Assembly: GCF_963921235.1 (NCBI RefSeq)
Contig: NC_086108.1
Coordinates: 86,678,001-86,742,000 of the forward strand
Direction of reading: 5' to 3'
Source: Mobula hypostoma
Taxonomy: Eukaryota
Length of the DNA stretch: 64,000 bases
Both the position numbers and the translations under genes were made by a program. Numbering within the stretch: position 1 is the first letter of the stretch; the number at the start of each line of letters is the position of its first letter. Shown piece by piece: positions 51,825-63,835 of this stretch. The notes under the pieces are model-generated. The model saw nothing but the letters and a program-made list of their open reading frames with translations. It ran no database searches and was not told the DNA's origin.

Positions 51825-52000
51825 GAGACTACAGATGCTGGACCCTAGAGTAACAAACAACCTGCTGGAAGAACTCAGCAGGTTGAGCAACATCTGTAGG
51901 AAACTAAAACCCTGCTTCTGTTCCAGGACCTGAAGCACTGACAATTCCCTTTCCTTCTGCAGGGGCTGCATTGAGTTCTTCCAGCAGATTGTTTATTGCA
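51825..52000. mobile_element. Fold-back pair of Penelope termini (different subfamily)
   Basis: aacaaacaacctgctggaagaactcagc vs ttgagttcttccagcagattgtttattg. Confidence 0.55.
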
Positions 52001-52354
52001 TTGCTTTGAGTCCTCTAGATAAATCCACTTGGGCAAGACTGAACAGACAATTGCGTATGGTCATACCTCTTGAGATCCTTCCTGAGCTGCGAAGCAGGGG
52101 CCACTACCTTGCCTCCACCCATTTTCAATACAACCTCTCCATTAAAAACATTTAGGCACTCACAGGGTTCCCTTCAAAATCTGAAGAGGATACTTTATGG
52201 TAACTGGTGTTTGAACAGCTCTGATTGTAGCACCTTCAACCACAAGTTTTAAGAATTTATACAGATCATTAACCTTAATTTCCCAGTACCCACCCTGGGA
52301 CCCACCCTTTATTAAGTCTTGAAAGAGTAGTTTACAGTTAAGTGAACATTCTAT

Positions 52355-55037
52355 TGCATGTTGCCATCTACATCCACATACCTCAACTCCATTCTATCCT
52401 CCTTGGTTCAGTTCCTTCCCACTTACTTCCATGGCATTTCATATGCCCTCGATCTCCTCAACAACTTTTATTTCTCTGGCTCTGACAACCTCATTTTCAC
52501 CATGGATCTCCAGTGCCTATACACATCTATCTCCCATCAAGAAGGGCTTAAAGCTCTCTGCTTCTACCTCAGCAAAAGACCCAACTAGTTCTCCTCACCA
52601 CCACCCTCCTCCATCTGACAGAACTGGTCCTCACCCACAACAATGGCTCCACCCGCTTTTTTTCCAAACTCAAGTGGTAGCCATAGGCACTCACATGGGC
52701 CCCAGCTATGTCTGCCTTTTTGTTGGCTATGTTGAACTGTCCATATACCAAGCCTTCCCTGGTAGTGTTCCCCAACTCTTACGGCACTACATTGATGGGT
52801 GATTTGGTGCTGTTTCATTTACCCATGCTGGGCTCATCAGCTTCATCAACTTTGCTTTCAACTTGAACCCTTCCCTTAAATTCACTTGGTCCATTTAGAT
52901 TAGTTTCAACTTTATTGTCATTGTGCCGAGTACAGGTACAAAGCCAATGAAATGCGTTTAGCATCTGACCAGAAATGCAAATAGCGTTATTTACAAAATA
53001 ACTGCAAATAAAAAAAAGTGCTACAGCACACAAATATAAAAGTACTGAGACAGTAGAATACAGATGCAATACTGCTTAGCGCTGTGATGAGAGGTTCAGC
53101 AGTGTCACAGCCTCAGGGAAGAAGCTCTTCCTGTGCCTGCTGGTGCGGAAGCGGAGGCTCCTGTAGTGCCTACCAGATGGAAGGAGAGTTAAAAAGTCCA
53201 TGGTTAGGGTGAGATGCATCCCTGATAATGCTTTTCGCCCTGCCCAGGCAGCGTTTATGGTAGATGTTCTCAATGGTGGGCAATTGGGTGCTGATAATCT
53301 GCTGGGCAGTATTCACCACATGCTGGAGTGCTTTGTGGTCCGATACGGGACAATTGCCATACCACACTGAGATGCAGTTGGTGAGGATACTCTCAATGGT
53401 ACAGCGGTAAAAGTCCGACAGTATCCTGGGACAGAGGTGAGCTTTCTTGATGCTCCACAGGAAATAAAGGTGCTTTTGCACCTTTCTGATCAGGATGGAA
53501 GAGTTCAGGGACCAGGTGAGATCCTCGGAAGTGTGGACACCGAGGAGTTTGAAGCTTGATACACGCTCCACTACAGCTCCGTTGATGTAGATGGGGACGT
53601 GAGTGTGACTCCTGGCATGCCTCAAGTCCACTATGATCTCCTTGGTCTTCTGGGTGTTAAGGGCCAGATTGTTGTCGGCACACCATGCAGCCAGGTGCTG
53701 GACCTCATCCCTGTAGGCTGTCTCGTCTTCTGATGACCCTCCCCTTTCTCAATTTCTCTGTCTCCATCTCTGGAGACAAACTGTCTACCAACATCTTCTA
53801 TCAACTCCCAATTCCCACGGCTATCTTGACTACTCCTCTTCCCACCCTGTCTCCTGTAAAAATGCTACCCTCTTTTCACAGTTCTTTCATCTCTGCTGTA
53901 ACCGTTCCCAGAAAAAGCCTTTCTTTTTCAGGAGATCAGAAATGTCGTCCTTTGAAGAACAAGTTTTCCCTTCCTTCAGCATTGATGCTGCTCTGACACA
54001 TCTCCTCCATTTCGCAGACATCCACACTCACCTCATCTTCCTGCTGCCTTAATGGGGATTGGATTCCTCTTGTCCTCCCCTACCACCCCATGAACTTCCA
54101 AATACAACGCATCATTCTCCACAACTTTTGGCATCTTCCACAGGATCCTACTACCAAACACATCTTTACCTCCCCCTGACACTCCACTTTCTGCAGGGAC
54201 TTCTCCCTCTATGATTCCCTTGTCCATTCTTCCCTTCCTACTAATCTCCCTCCTACCACATATTCCTGCAAGTGCAAGAAATGTAATACCTGCCCATTCA
54301 CCTCCTCCCTCACCTCCATTCAGGGCCCTGTACAGTCCTTCTACGTGAGGCAAAGCTTCACTTGCGAAGCTTTTGGGGTTGTCTGTGGTATCCAATGCTG
54401 CAGATACGACCTCCTCTACATTGATGAGGCACAACATAAATTGAGGGACTGCTTTCTCAAGTACCTCTGCTCCATCAGCTAGAAGCAGAACCATTGGCCA
54501 GTCATTTTAATTCCTGTCCCCATCCCCATTCCAACATGTTGATCCATGGCCTCTTCTGCCACAATCAGGCCACTTTCAGGGTGTAGGAGCAACACCTCAT
54601 ATTCCATCTAGGTAGCATCTAACCTGATGGCACGAACATTGATTTTTTCCTTCTGTTTTTTTTTCTTTTTCCACTTCCCCTTCCTGCTTCTTCTGTTCCC
54701 CACTCTAGCCTTTTATCTCTTCTCCTGATCTGCCCTTTCATCATCCCCTGGCGCCCCTCCTTCTTCCCTTTCTCCTATGGTCCACTCTTCTCTCCTATTA
54801 GATTCCTTCTTCCGTAGTCCTTTACCTTTCCCACCCACCTGGCTTCACTTATCACCTTCTACCTTATCCTCCTTCCCTTCTCCCCACCTTTCTATTCTGG
54901 CAACTTCTTTTTTGCTTTCCAGTTTGATGAAGGGTCTTAGTCCAAAACGTCGACTATTTCTTCATTTCCATAGATGCTGCCTGACCAGCTCAGTTTCTCC
55001 AGCATATTTTGTGTGTTACCCTGGATTTCTAGCATCT
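52355..55037 (+). mobile_element. Penelope-like retroelement (RT + GIY-YIG + terminus), decayed, split by a Rex insertion
   Basis: IFTMDLQCLYTSISHQEGL; VAIGTHMGPSYVCLFVGYVE; RHYIDG (YIDD); CKCKKCNTC...FTCEAFGVVCGIQCCRYDLLYIDE; terminus with hammerhead relic at 54920-54955. Confidence 0.9.
52897..53727 (-). mobile_element. Rex1/Babar-type LINE 3' fragment inserted in the Penelope RT
   Basis: VERVSSFKLLGVHTSEDLTWS...FYRCTIESILTNCISVWYGNC...DASHPNHGLF; the Penelope sequence rejoins at ggtccattt|ttctga. Confidence 0.9.
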
Positions 55038-55388
55038 GCAGAATCTCTTGTGTTTATGTTGCCATAGTTCTAGTTTTCAAATGAGGTAGATATTCAGAGA
55101 ACAATATCCTTCCCAGTCAACGTAAGTTATAGCAGTGGTGAAGAGAAAACATATATCCATGTGAGTGCAATCTCTAGATCTTTGGACTTTGGGGAAATCG
55201 TTCACTTGGCAAAATTGAAATACTCTATCAAACTGCCGTTAGTTGTCAATGAGAATGTAAATTAAATAGCTTACTCTGGCAAGGAATGCACATATGAACA
55301 ATATAATGCATTTATACAGAGCTGATTTACTAAAGTTACTGTTATTCTTAGAAGCAAGATTAAATAATTTGGTAGAATAAATGGTCAG

Positions 55389-55412
55389 GATATATATATA
55401 TATATATATATA
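55389..55412. repeat. (TA)n microsatellite
   Basis: Seen directly. Confidence 0.95.
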
Positions 55413-55994
55413 AAATGTATAGAGGGAATGGAGAAAGAGGAAACGTATGATTTACTAAGATGATGCTGGGCCTTGGAGTCAATACCTTTCCAGAAAGATT
55501 GAAAATACTGGGGCTCTTTTCTGTATAGAAAAAATTAAACTGAATGGTGAATTTATAGAAATCTGGGACTATGAAAGAATTTGATGGCAGTAAACAATTG
55601 TTTCCACTTGCAGATGGAAACAGAAGTTGGTCCCTATTGAATCCAGGAGAGTAATGAGATTGTTTCTCCTGCAACAAGAAGATGGGTTGAACTGCTTTCG
55701 AACATAAAAATAGATGCAGAAATCAGCCATTTGGCCCATTAGGGCTCCCCTATTATACAGAGAAATCATAGCTGTTTGTTTTTCTTACCATTAGATTCAA
55801 GATTCAAGATTGTTGATTGTCATTCTTCAGTATACGAGTGTAAAGGAGAAGAACATGATTGTTACTCTGGATCGGATGTAGCATTAAGAAACACTATAAC
55901 CACAAAGAACTTAATACTTCCCAAGATGAAACTTTGAAATCTCTAGTTGTAATATATACTGTACAACTGAAATATATATATCATTGATAGTGAT

Positions 55995-56605
55995 GAGAGA
56001 AGTGCTGGAAGACCGGAGGATAGTTAATTTATGTCTTTTTTTAAGTAGAGCTGCAAAAGAAAATATCTGGAAACTATAGACCAATAAGTTTAATATTTCT
56101 GGTAGACAAATTACTAGAAGGGGTCCTGAGAGACACGATATACATGCAGTTGGAAAGACATGGTCAGCATGGCTTTGTGTATGGGAAATTAAGTCTAATG
56201 AATTTTTGACAAAGTATCTAGGTTGATGGGAGCAGGGTGATAGATATAGTGTTTATGGTCTTCAATAAGGCCTTTGAAAAGGTTCCATAAGGTAGGTTAC
56301 TATGGAAATTTGGATCACATGGGATAATTGGATACACAATGGTAGGAAGCAGAAAGTGATAGTGGAAGTTTGGAATCCCATATCTCGCAGGGATCTCCAG
56401 CAGTCAGTGCCACCAAAACTGCAGTATTTCATCTGCTGTACATGGATGAACCAGATGTGATTGTACAAGGCATGGTTAATAAGTTTGCAGATAACATTAA
56501 AATAAATTGTGTCATAGAGAATGAAGTTGGCTATCAGGAATTATAGAGAGATCTTCATCAGTTGGGTAAGTCAGATAAGGAATGGCAAATGGAGCTTAAT
56601 GCCTT
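55995..56605 (+). mobile_element. Old CR1 RT fragment
   Basis: ggaaactatagaccaataagttt; cagcatggctttgtg; aagtttgcagataacatt. Confidence 0.7.
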
Positions 56606-58337
56606 AATGTGGTAGATTCTTAACTGCCCCCTCAGTTTCAGGGCAGTTAGGGAGAGATAATAAATGAAAAATTGCCGTCAATGCCTGCATCAATCAATAA
56701 ATAAATAAATCCAGTGCTGTTGATTAAATGGCAGCGTTGTTAGTGAGGGGCACATCTTCAGTAATGGATAAAATAAATGTTTTATGTTTTGTCATTAATC
56801 AGAGCATCATTTGATCTGAATATTTAAAGAGGAAAGCAATTTATTTGTTAATTGACTTGAATAAAAGTCAGATCACATTTATGATCCACAACTATGTACC
56901 ACAAAGAAACTCACACATAAAACAAGTTAGCTGAGTGTTAGCTGCTGTCTAATGCTTGTTTAAGTTACCAATTTGGTTAATATAATTTCAAAGTATTTTG
57001 TATTTTAATTACCATATTAAAAAAATTAAGCTTAATTATTACAATCTGCAAAAGAAATACTGAAATGCACCCACACTAAATTAGATTTATACTGTCTGTT
57101 CAAAATCACCTTCACAACACAGCTGTGTTTGTTTCTTCTAATAAGCACTAACTTCATTAAGAGTGCACAAATAACTACAATGATAGAGGTTACAGTTCAT
57201 TCTGTGACCTCAAACTTACTGAATAGTATTAAATTTCAAAGAGCAAAGATTAAACTTGACATATAACGAATGGGCTAGAATAAAATGACATCTTGTGTAT
57301 TTTGGATCTGCAGCTCATCTGTCAAGGAAGAGAGAAAAAAACTTTGCTAAGACCACCTGTAACTATATAGCATAATTAAGTGTCAAGGCAAACTTCAAAA
57401 TGTATACATATGAACAATCAGTCTCTTCTTGAAGGAATGACATTCTTGCCATCAATCAACTCCCTGACATCATATCCATTTAATTGCAAATGTAAACCAG
57501 TATTGGACAAAGACGGACAATGGAAGCCAACACATTATCAATCTGCTAAAAAAATAATAAAACCATTTGCAAATTCTTTCTGCTTTCCAGTTATATCAAT
57601 ATCTTTATCCCCCCCCTCAGGCAACTTTTGACTTCAGTTGTGCAGCCCTTTAATGGAAAATGGCATTGAGGTTTCCCTGTCTAGCATGTCACTTCTGTTT
57701 AGTGCTATTGTTACAACACACTTGCATATCAAACTTGCCAGTCTTTCAGCTTAAGACTCTTTCCCTAGGGCCAGAATGCATATTATTTGTGTTTTCACAT
57801 GGAATCGTTGCCTCATATTTATGGGAAGTTTTAAAGTATTCTAAGAATGAACCCAACTGACTGATTGGTTTTAGCCAATAAGTATAAAAAATATAAAGAT
57901 TTTACAAAGGCGAATTAATAGCCTTTCCTTATTTAATAAACTAAAGTGACCACAAGGAAATGAAAGATCAGAGCAAACAGCTGTGGCATGCTTAGTGATA
58001 TCTCAACATTCTTCAGCAAGAACTTTGGCTCTTATTTCAAAAGTAGTACCGTAACTATTTTATTTGAAAAGCTATCCAAACAAATAGGAGAAATTGTCTG
58101 AACAGGTATATTTAATGATGCTTGTGATGATCAAGATACTGTCTGCTGAAAGCAGAAACAAAACTTATTCCTTCTTACTAGCTTTCCTTCATGTCCCATA
58201 CATAAACCGTTTTAGTCCCCAGGCTTTTCACAAATTTTTTCAAACATGTTCCAGATCAATTATAAAGCTTGTTAGCTATGGCCCAGCTAGACAATGCAGC
58301 AAGATCAAGGCTGCTTCTTGTGCTGTTCCTGTTCTTG

Positions 58338-59731
58338 TGCTGTGGAAGACGTCCTGCCTCGTCCCTGTGCCGAAGACGCCGCGCCCCAGTGGCCTCAATG
58401 ACTACAGACCGGTGGCATTGACCTCCCACATCATGAAGACCCTGGAGAGACTTGTTCTGGAGCTGCTCCGGCCTATGGTTAGGCCACACTTAGATCCCCT
58501 CCAGTTCGCCTACCAGCCCCGACTAGGAGTTGAAGATGCCATCGTCTACCTGCTGAACCGTGTCTACGCCCACCTGGACAAGCCAGCGAGCACTGTGAGG
58601 GTCATGTTTTTTGACTTCTCCAGTGCATTCGACACCATCCGTCCTGCTCTGCTGGGGGAGAAGCTGACAGCGATGCAGGTGGATGCTTTCCTGGTGTCAT
58701 GGATTATTGATTACCTGACTGGCAGACCACAGTACGTGTGCTTGCAACACTGTGTGTCCGACAGAGTGATCAGCAGACTGAGGCTCCACAGGAGACTGTC
58801 TTGTCTCCCTTCCTCTTCACCATTTGCACTTCGGACTTCAACTACTGCACAGAGTCTTGTCATCTTCAGAAGTTTTCTGATGACCCTGCCATAGTTGGAT
58901 GCATCAGCAGGGGAGATGAGGCTGAGTACAGGGCTACGGTAGGAAACTTTGTCACATGGTGTGAGCAGGATTATCTGCAGCTTAATGTGAAAAAGACTAA
59001 GGAGCTGGTGGTAGACCTGAGGAGAGCTAAGGTACCGGTGACCCCTGTTTCCATCCAGGGGGTTAGTGTGGACATGGTGGAGGATTACAAATACCTGGGG
59101 ATACGAATTGACAATAAACTGGACTGGTCAAAGAACACTGAGGCTGTCTACAAGAAGGGTCAGAGCCGTCTCTATTTCCTGAGGAGACTCAGGTCCTTTA
59201 ACATCTGCCGGACGATGCTGAGGATGTTCTACAAGTCTGTGGTGGCCAGTGCTATCATGTTTGCTGTTGTGTGCTGGGGCAGCAGGTTGAGGGTAGCAGA
59301 CACCAACAGAATCAACAAACTCATTCGTAAGGCCAATGATGTTGTGGGGATGGAACTGGACTCTCTGACGGTGGTGTCTGAAAAGAGGATGCTGTTCAAG
59401 TTGAATGCCATGTTGGACAATGTCTCCCATCCACTGCATAATGTATTGGGTGGGCACAGGAGTACGTTCAGCCAGAGACTCATCCCACCGAGATGCAACA
59501 CAGAGCGTCATAGGAAGTCATTCCTGCCTGTGGCCATCAAACTTTACAACTCCTCCCTTGGAGGGTCAGACACCCTGAGCCAATAGGCTGGTCCTGGACT
59601 TATTTCCTGGCATAATTTACATATTACTATTTAATTATTTATGGTTTTATTACTATTTAATTATTTATGGTGCAACTGTAACGGAAACCAATTTCCCCCC
59701 GGGATCAATAAAGTATGACTATGACTATGAT
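58338..59731 (+). mobile_element. Young Rex1/Babar-type LINE, 5'-truncated, with (TATGAC)n tail
   Basis: WKTSCLVPVPK...NDYRPVALTSHIMKTLERL...LDPLQFAY...VMFFDFSSAFDTI; LQKFSDD; one frameshift near 58775; AATAAA then tatgactatgactatga. Confidence 0.95.
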
Positions 59732-59766
59732 TATATGGGATTAATAGCAATGGCTATCTGTCATCT

Positions 59767-59967
59767 CAAACACGAAGAAATCTGCAGTTGCTGGAAATCC
59801 AAAACAACACACACAAAATAATGGAGATACTCAGCAGGCCAGGCAGCATCTATAGGAAAGGGTAAACAAGGTCCTGGTGAAGTGTCTCAGCCCAAAACGT
59901 TGACTGTTTACTCTTTTCCATAGATGCTTGGCTTGCTGAGTTCCTCCAGCATTTTGTATGTGTTGCC
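59767..59967. mobile_element. Fold-back element of two inverted Penelope termini with perfect 11-bp TSD
   Basis: ATCTGTCATCT at 59756-59766 and 59968-59978; arms reverse-complementary; hammerhead relic at 59870-59906. Confidence 0.85.
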
Positions 59968-60072
59968 ATCTGTCATCTGACTCATTCGTTTATGGACTTG
60001 AATAGAAATATAGCTTTTGCCAGTAGAGAAATGGAAATGCACTAGATATTTGGAAAGAGTTCTACATTTAGG

Positions 60073-60968
60073 TCCATAAGACCATAAGACATTGGAGCAA
60101 AATTAGGCCATTCAACCCATCGAATCTGCTCCGCCATTGTCTCATGGCTGATTTATTATCCCTCTCAAACCCATTCTCCTGCCTTCTCCCCATAACGTTT
60201 GACACCCTTACTAATCAAGAACCTATCAAGCTCCACTCAATGACTTGACCTCCACAGCCACCTGTGGAAATGAATTCCACAGATTAATCACGTTCTGGCC
60301 AAAGAAATTCCTCCCCATCGCTGGTCTAAAGGGATGTCCTTGTATTCTGAGGCTGTGCCCTTTGGTCCTAGACTACCCCACTGTAGGAAACATCCTCTCC
60401 ACATTCATTCTGTCTAGGCCTTTAAATATTAATTAAGTTTCAATTATATTCCCCCATCATTCTTCAAACCTCCATTACTACAGGCCCAGAGCCATCAAAT
60501 GCTCCTCATACATTAACCCTATCATTCCAGGAACATTCTCTCTCATGAACCTCCTCTGGACCCTCTCCAATGCCAGCATTAGGGGTGGCACAGCAGTGCA
60601 GTGGTTAGCGCAAAGGTTTACAGTACCAGCAACCCAGGTTTAATTCCTGCCACTGCCTGTGGAGCTTGTATGTTCTCCCCGTGACTATGCGGGTGTCCTT
60701 CCACAGTCCAAGACACAACAGTTGATAGGTTAATTGGTCATAAATGTAAATCGCCCCATGATTTAGGCTAGGATAAAATCGGGCGGTTGCTGGGTGGCGC
60801 ACCTGGAAGGACCAGAAGGGCCTATTCCATGCTATATCTTATAAATAAATAAATAAACATCCTTCCTTAGATAAGGGGCCCCAAAATGCTCACAATAGTC
60901 GGTGTGGTCTGATCAATGTATTATAAAGACTCAGCATTACATCCTTCTTTTTATACTCTAGCCCTCTC
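60073..60968 (-). mobile_element. CR1 3' fragment interrupted by a SINE
   Basis: 3' end ccataagaccataagacattggagcaaaattaggcc; CR1 resumes after 60858. Confidence 0.8.
60581..60857 (+). mobile_element. HE1/V-SINE-type SINE with (AAAT)n tail
   Basis: ggggtggcacagcagtgcagtggttagcgc...tgtatgttctccccgtgac...ataaataaataaataaa. Confidence 0.8.
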
Positions 60969-61848
60969 ACGGGTTTTTAGGGCAGAAGTCAATGCGCAAT
61001 GCCACGTTCCTGACTGGGCCAGAGTGAGTTCAAATGGTGTGGGAGGTAAATGATCATAAACTCTCTAACAACCACTGCAGTGAGTGGCTCAAATGGCTTT
61101 AACTCTCACTTCAACCAGTCCCTGCCGGTCAGCTGACCCGCAGCAAGAAAGTAGGAGGAAGCTGTACCTTCCTGGCAAGCATAAGGGAAATTTAAGCAAC
61201 AAGAGGGTGCAGGAGGACATTGACAGAATGAATTACATTGGTTACAAGCAGGAATGGGCGACAGGAGGACCATCATTTGCCTGTTCAAAAAAGAGCCATT
61301 TTCAGTGGTTGGATGATCAGTGCATCTTGCTCAGTTTAAAGTAGATACTAGTGGGAACTCAGCAGGTAATCCAACAGTCCCTGTAATCTATCTAAATGGT
61401 CAGTCTCTGTCAAAGCATAATGTTTAGATCACCATCACCCATCAAACCTAAGAATAGGTGAGAGACACTAAGCTTGTGTGATAATCTGATGAAGTAATTG
61501 TTTGCAATAATAATGCCAAGAATTATGAACACGTTGATTCCAAAATATAATCAGTTGCAGGCAAAGGGCCACTGCTGCCTTTTGGACGGCGAGGCAACTT
61601 AAAAGGAATGTTCCAATGTTCAAAGGTTCAAAGGTACAATTTAGTGCCAGAAAAATGCATACAATATACATCCTGAAATGCTTTTTCATTGCAACCATTC
61701 ATGAAAACAGAGGAGTGCCCAAAGAATGAGCGACAGTTAAACTTTAGAACCCCAAAGTTACCGTACAAAGCGAGTATAGTTTCCTAAAGTGGGGGGAAAA
61801 AACGTAAGACTACAGATGTTGGGATCTGTGGCATTGACATCACCTGCA

Positions 61849-62069
61849 ATACACACAAAATGCTGGAGCAACTAGGCAGGCTAGGAAACATCTATGGAAA
61901 AGAGTAAACTGTCAACATTTCAGGCCAAGACCCTTCATCAGTCTTGGGCCTCAGCCTGAAACGTTGACTGTTCGGTTTTTACCATAGATTCTGCCTGGCC
62001 TGCTGAGTTCATTCAGCATTTTGTTTGTGTTGCTTGGATTTCCAGCAACGACAGATTTTCTCCCGTTTG
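61849..62069. mobile_element. Fold-back element of two inverted Penelope termini with 14-bp TSD, nested in an older Penelope terminus (~61805-62310)
   Basis: tgacatcacctgca (61835-61848) and tgacatcatctgca (62070-62083); arms reverse-complementary. Confidence 0.85.
61909..61943 (-). ncRNA. Minimal hammerhead motif with both core boxes intact
   Basis: Minus strand GA-CTGATGA-AGGGTCTTGGCCT-GAAA-TGTT-GACAG; the 5' strand of stem I is lost at the fold-back junction. Confidence 0.55.
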
Positions 62070-63329
62070 TGACATCATCTGCAGCTCTTTTTGCCTCTCT
62101 TGCTATTTCCACTCTTCCATCTTCCTATCACTCCTCTTCACTCGAATCATCCAATCACATATCTGCTCTTCTTCCACCCCTTTCCTTTCACCTCTTTGTA
62201 CTGGCTTTTAGTCCAAATGAAGGGTTTTGACCCTCAGTGTCAACCGCCCATTTCCCTCCGCCAAATGTTCCCTGATGCATTGGAACTGCAGAGTTCCTCC
62301 AGCAGTTTATCCCTCAGTCTAGTTTCTTGAATTAATTGTTGTAAAAATGGAATACATTGTTCATTTTTATACTTGGTCGTTTGTTCTCTATGATATCTGT
62401 AAAGCCTCATGCACATGCGTAATCACGAAGAATTTCGTTTCACTGATTTTGTTCTGTTCAGTTGAATCCTTCCATTAACACATCATTACCTCATAAAATT
62501 ACAAGATACACCTGAAACAGAGCTTTAACCAAAAAAGACAAAGATTTTTTTTCATGAGTGATGCGATGACTGGAAAATAAATTTACCGTCGATGCCAATT
62601 CTTGTATTCTTATTGTTATCACTGCAATTTTCAGCATTAACATTCTCATTCTTATCATTTTATCATTGTTCAAACTTGTATTCTGATATGATTATGTCCA
62701 TTATTTTCCCACCTAGTCTTACTGCTATTTCTGGCAATGCTATCAGTCATCCTCAACGTTGCTGAACTATTGTTTCCCCTGACAAAATTACTTCTTTAAC
62801 CTGGAGAATAATTGGCAAAAATGTAATAAAATGATACTGCAAGGTATTTGGAAGCGACGATGTATGAAATCTACACTATACATTGAAAAGATTATTTTCA
62901 CCTTGGCTGAGAGTATTGCATTGAGTTCCATTACCAGGTCAGTTTCAAAGAAGTTCAAATCCCAATTAAACTATTTCAATTTGCTGCAATATGACAATGA
63001 ACATCATTTTCATCACAGTCAATCACATTAGATTGAAATTTACTGACTATCAATTTGGTCCCTGTTTACTTTGAATGTGCTGCTTTCCATCACAGATAGC
63101 ATTCACTGCTTAATGAAACTGCTGTGTGAATAGATTCTTCAAGGTGGCCAATTAAACCTTAATCACATTTGATCAGGTCTCCTTGCCAACCTTCAGAAAT
63201 ATTGCTGCAATGACATAAGGAACAGTGATAAATCCTTCCCACCAGCACATTACATGTGGCCTTCTTCCTTGTGTGATTTTGGGCCGGTTTCTAAAGATTG
63301 GTTTTATTTGTACAATACATTTGTGCTAC

Positions 63330-63530
63330 AAAGTTCAAAGTAAATTTATTATCAAAATGTGTATACTATATACAACCTTGAGATTCAATTTCCTGCAGAC
63401 AATAGAATCCACAAAAAAAGCGAAGACTGTCCAATGTGTAAAAGAGGACAAATCATGCAAATAATGAAAAAAAAACAAATAAACCTGGGAGCATGAGCTT
63501 CCATGGGCCATCAGTGACGAGTCGGAGGAA
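63330..63530 (-). mobile_element. LINE 3' tail fragment (family of 16555 and 61615)
   Basis: aaagttcaaagtaaatttattatcaaa...tatacaaccttgagattc. Confidence 0.55.
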
Positions 63531-63835
63531 ATGCGAAACAATATTCTGATTACAACAGGATGTCAAGCATATTCCAAATTAAACTCACAAAAATCACAAT
63601 CAAAACCCAAAATGATCAGAACTGTGCATTTACAGACACCAAATTAATAACCACTGCAGAAGACCAACAAAAGTTTAATGTTGTTTCATCAAAAATGGCT
63701 AATTCTGATTAGCAAATCTGTTAAATATGCAGAGGAGGAAGATGACTCAAGATATTGCATGTCACTGGTAATTATTGCTTTTTTTCAATGGAGGTTCAGA
63801 TTTTTATTGTATGTGGGCATATGTGGAAATTAATT

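Noticed and set aside
58094..58894. 266-aa ORF as a host-TE chimeric gene
   Set aside because: The N-terminal ~80 codons are AT-rich flank read in frame into a 5'-truncated Rex RT from a TTG start; no splice or other support.
62491..62710. Minus-strand ORF or exon rich in N, D and K
   Set aside because: Degenerate AAT/GAT low-complexity sequence with stops in all frames between plausible splice sites.
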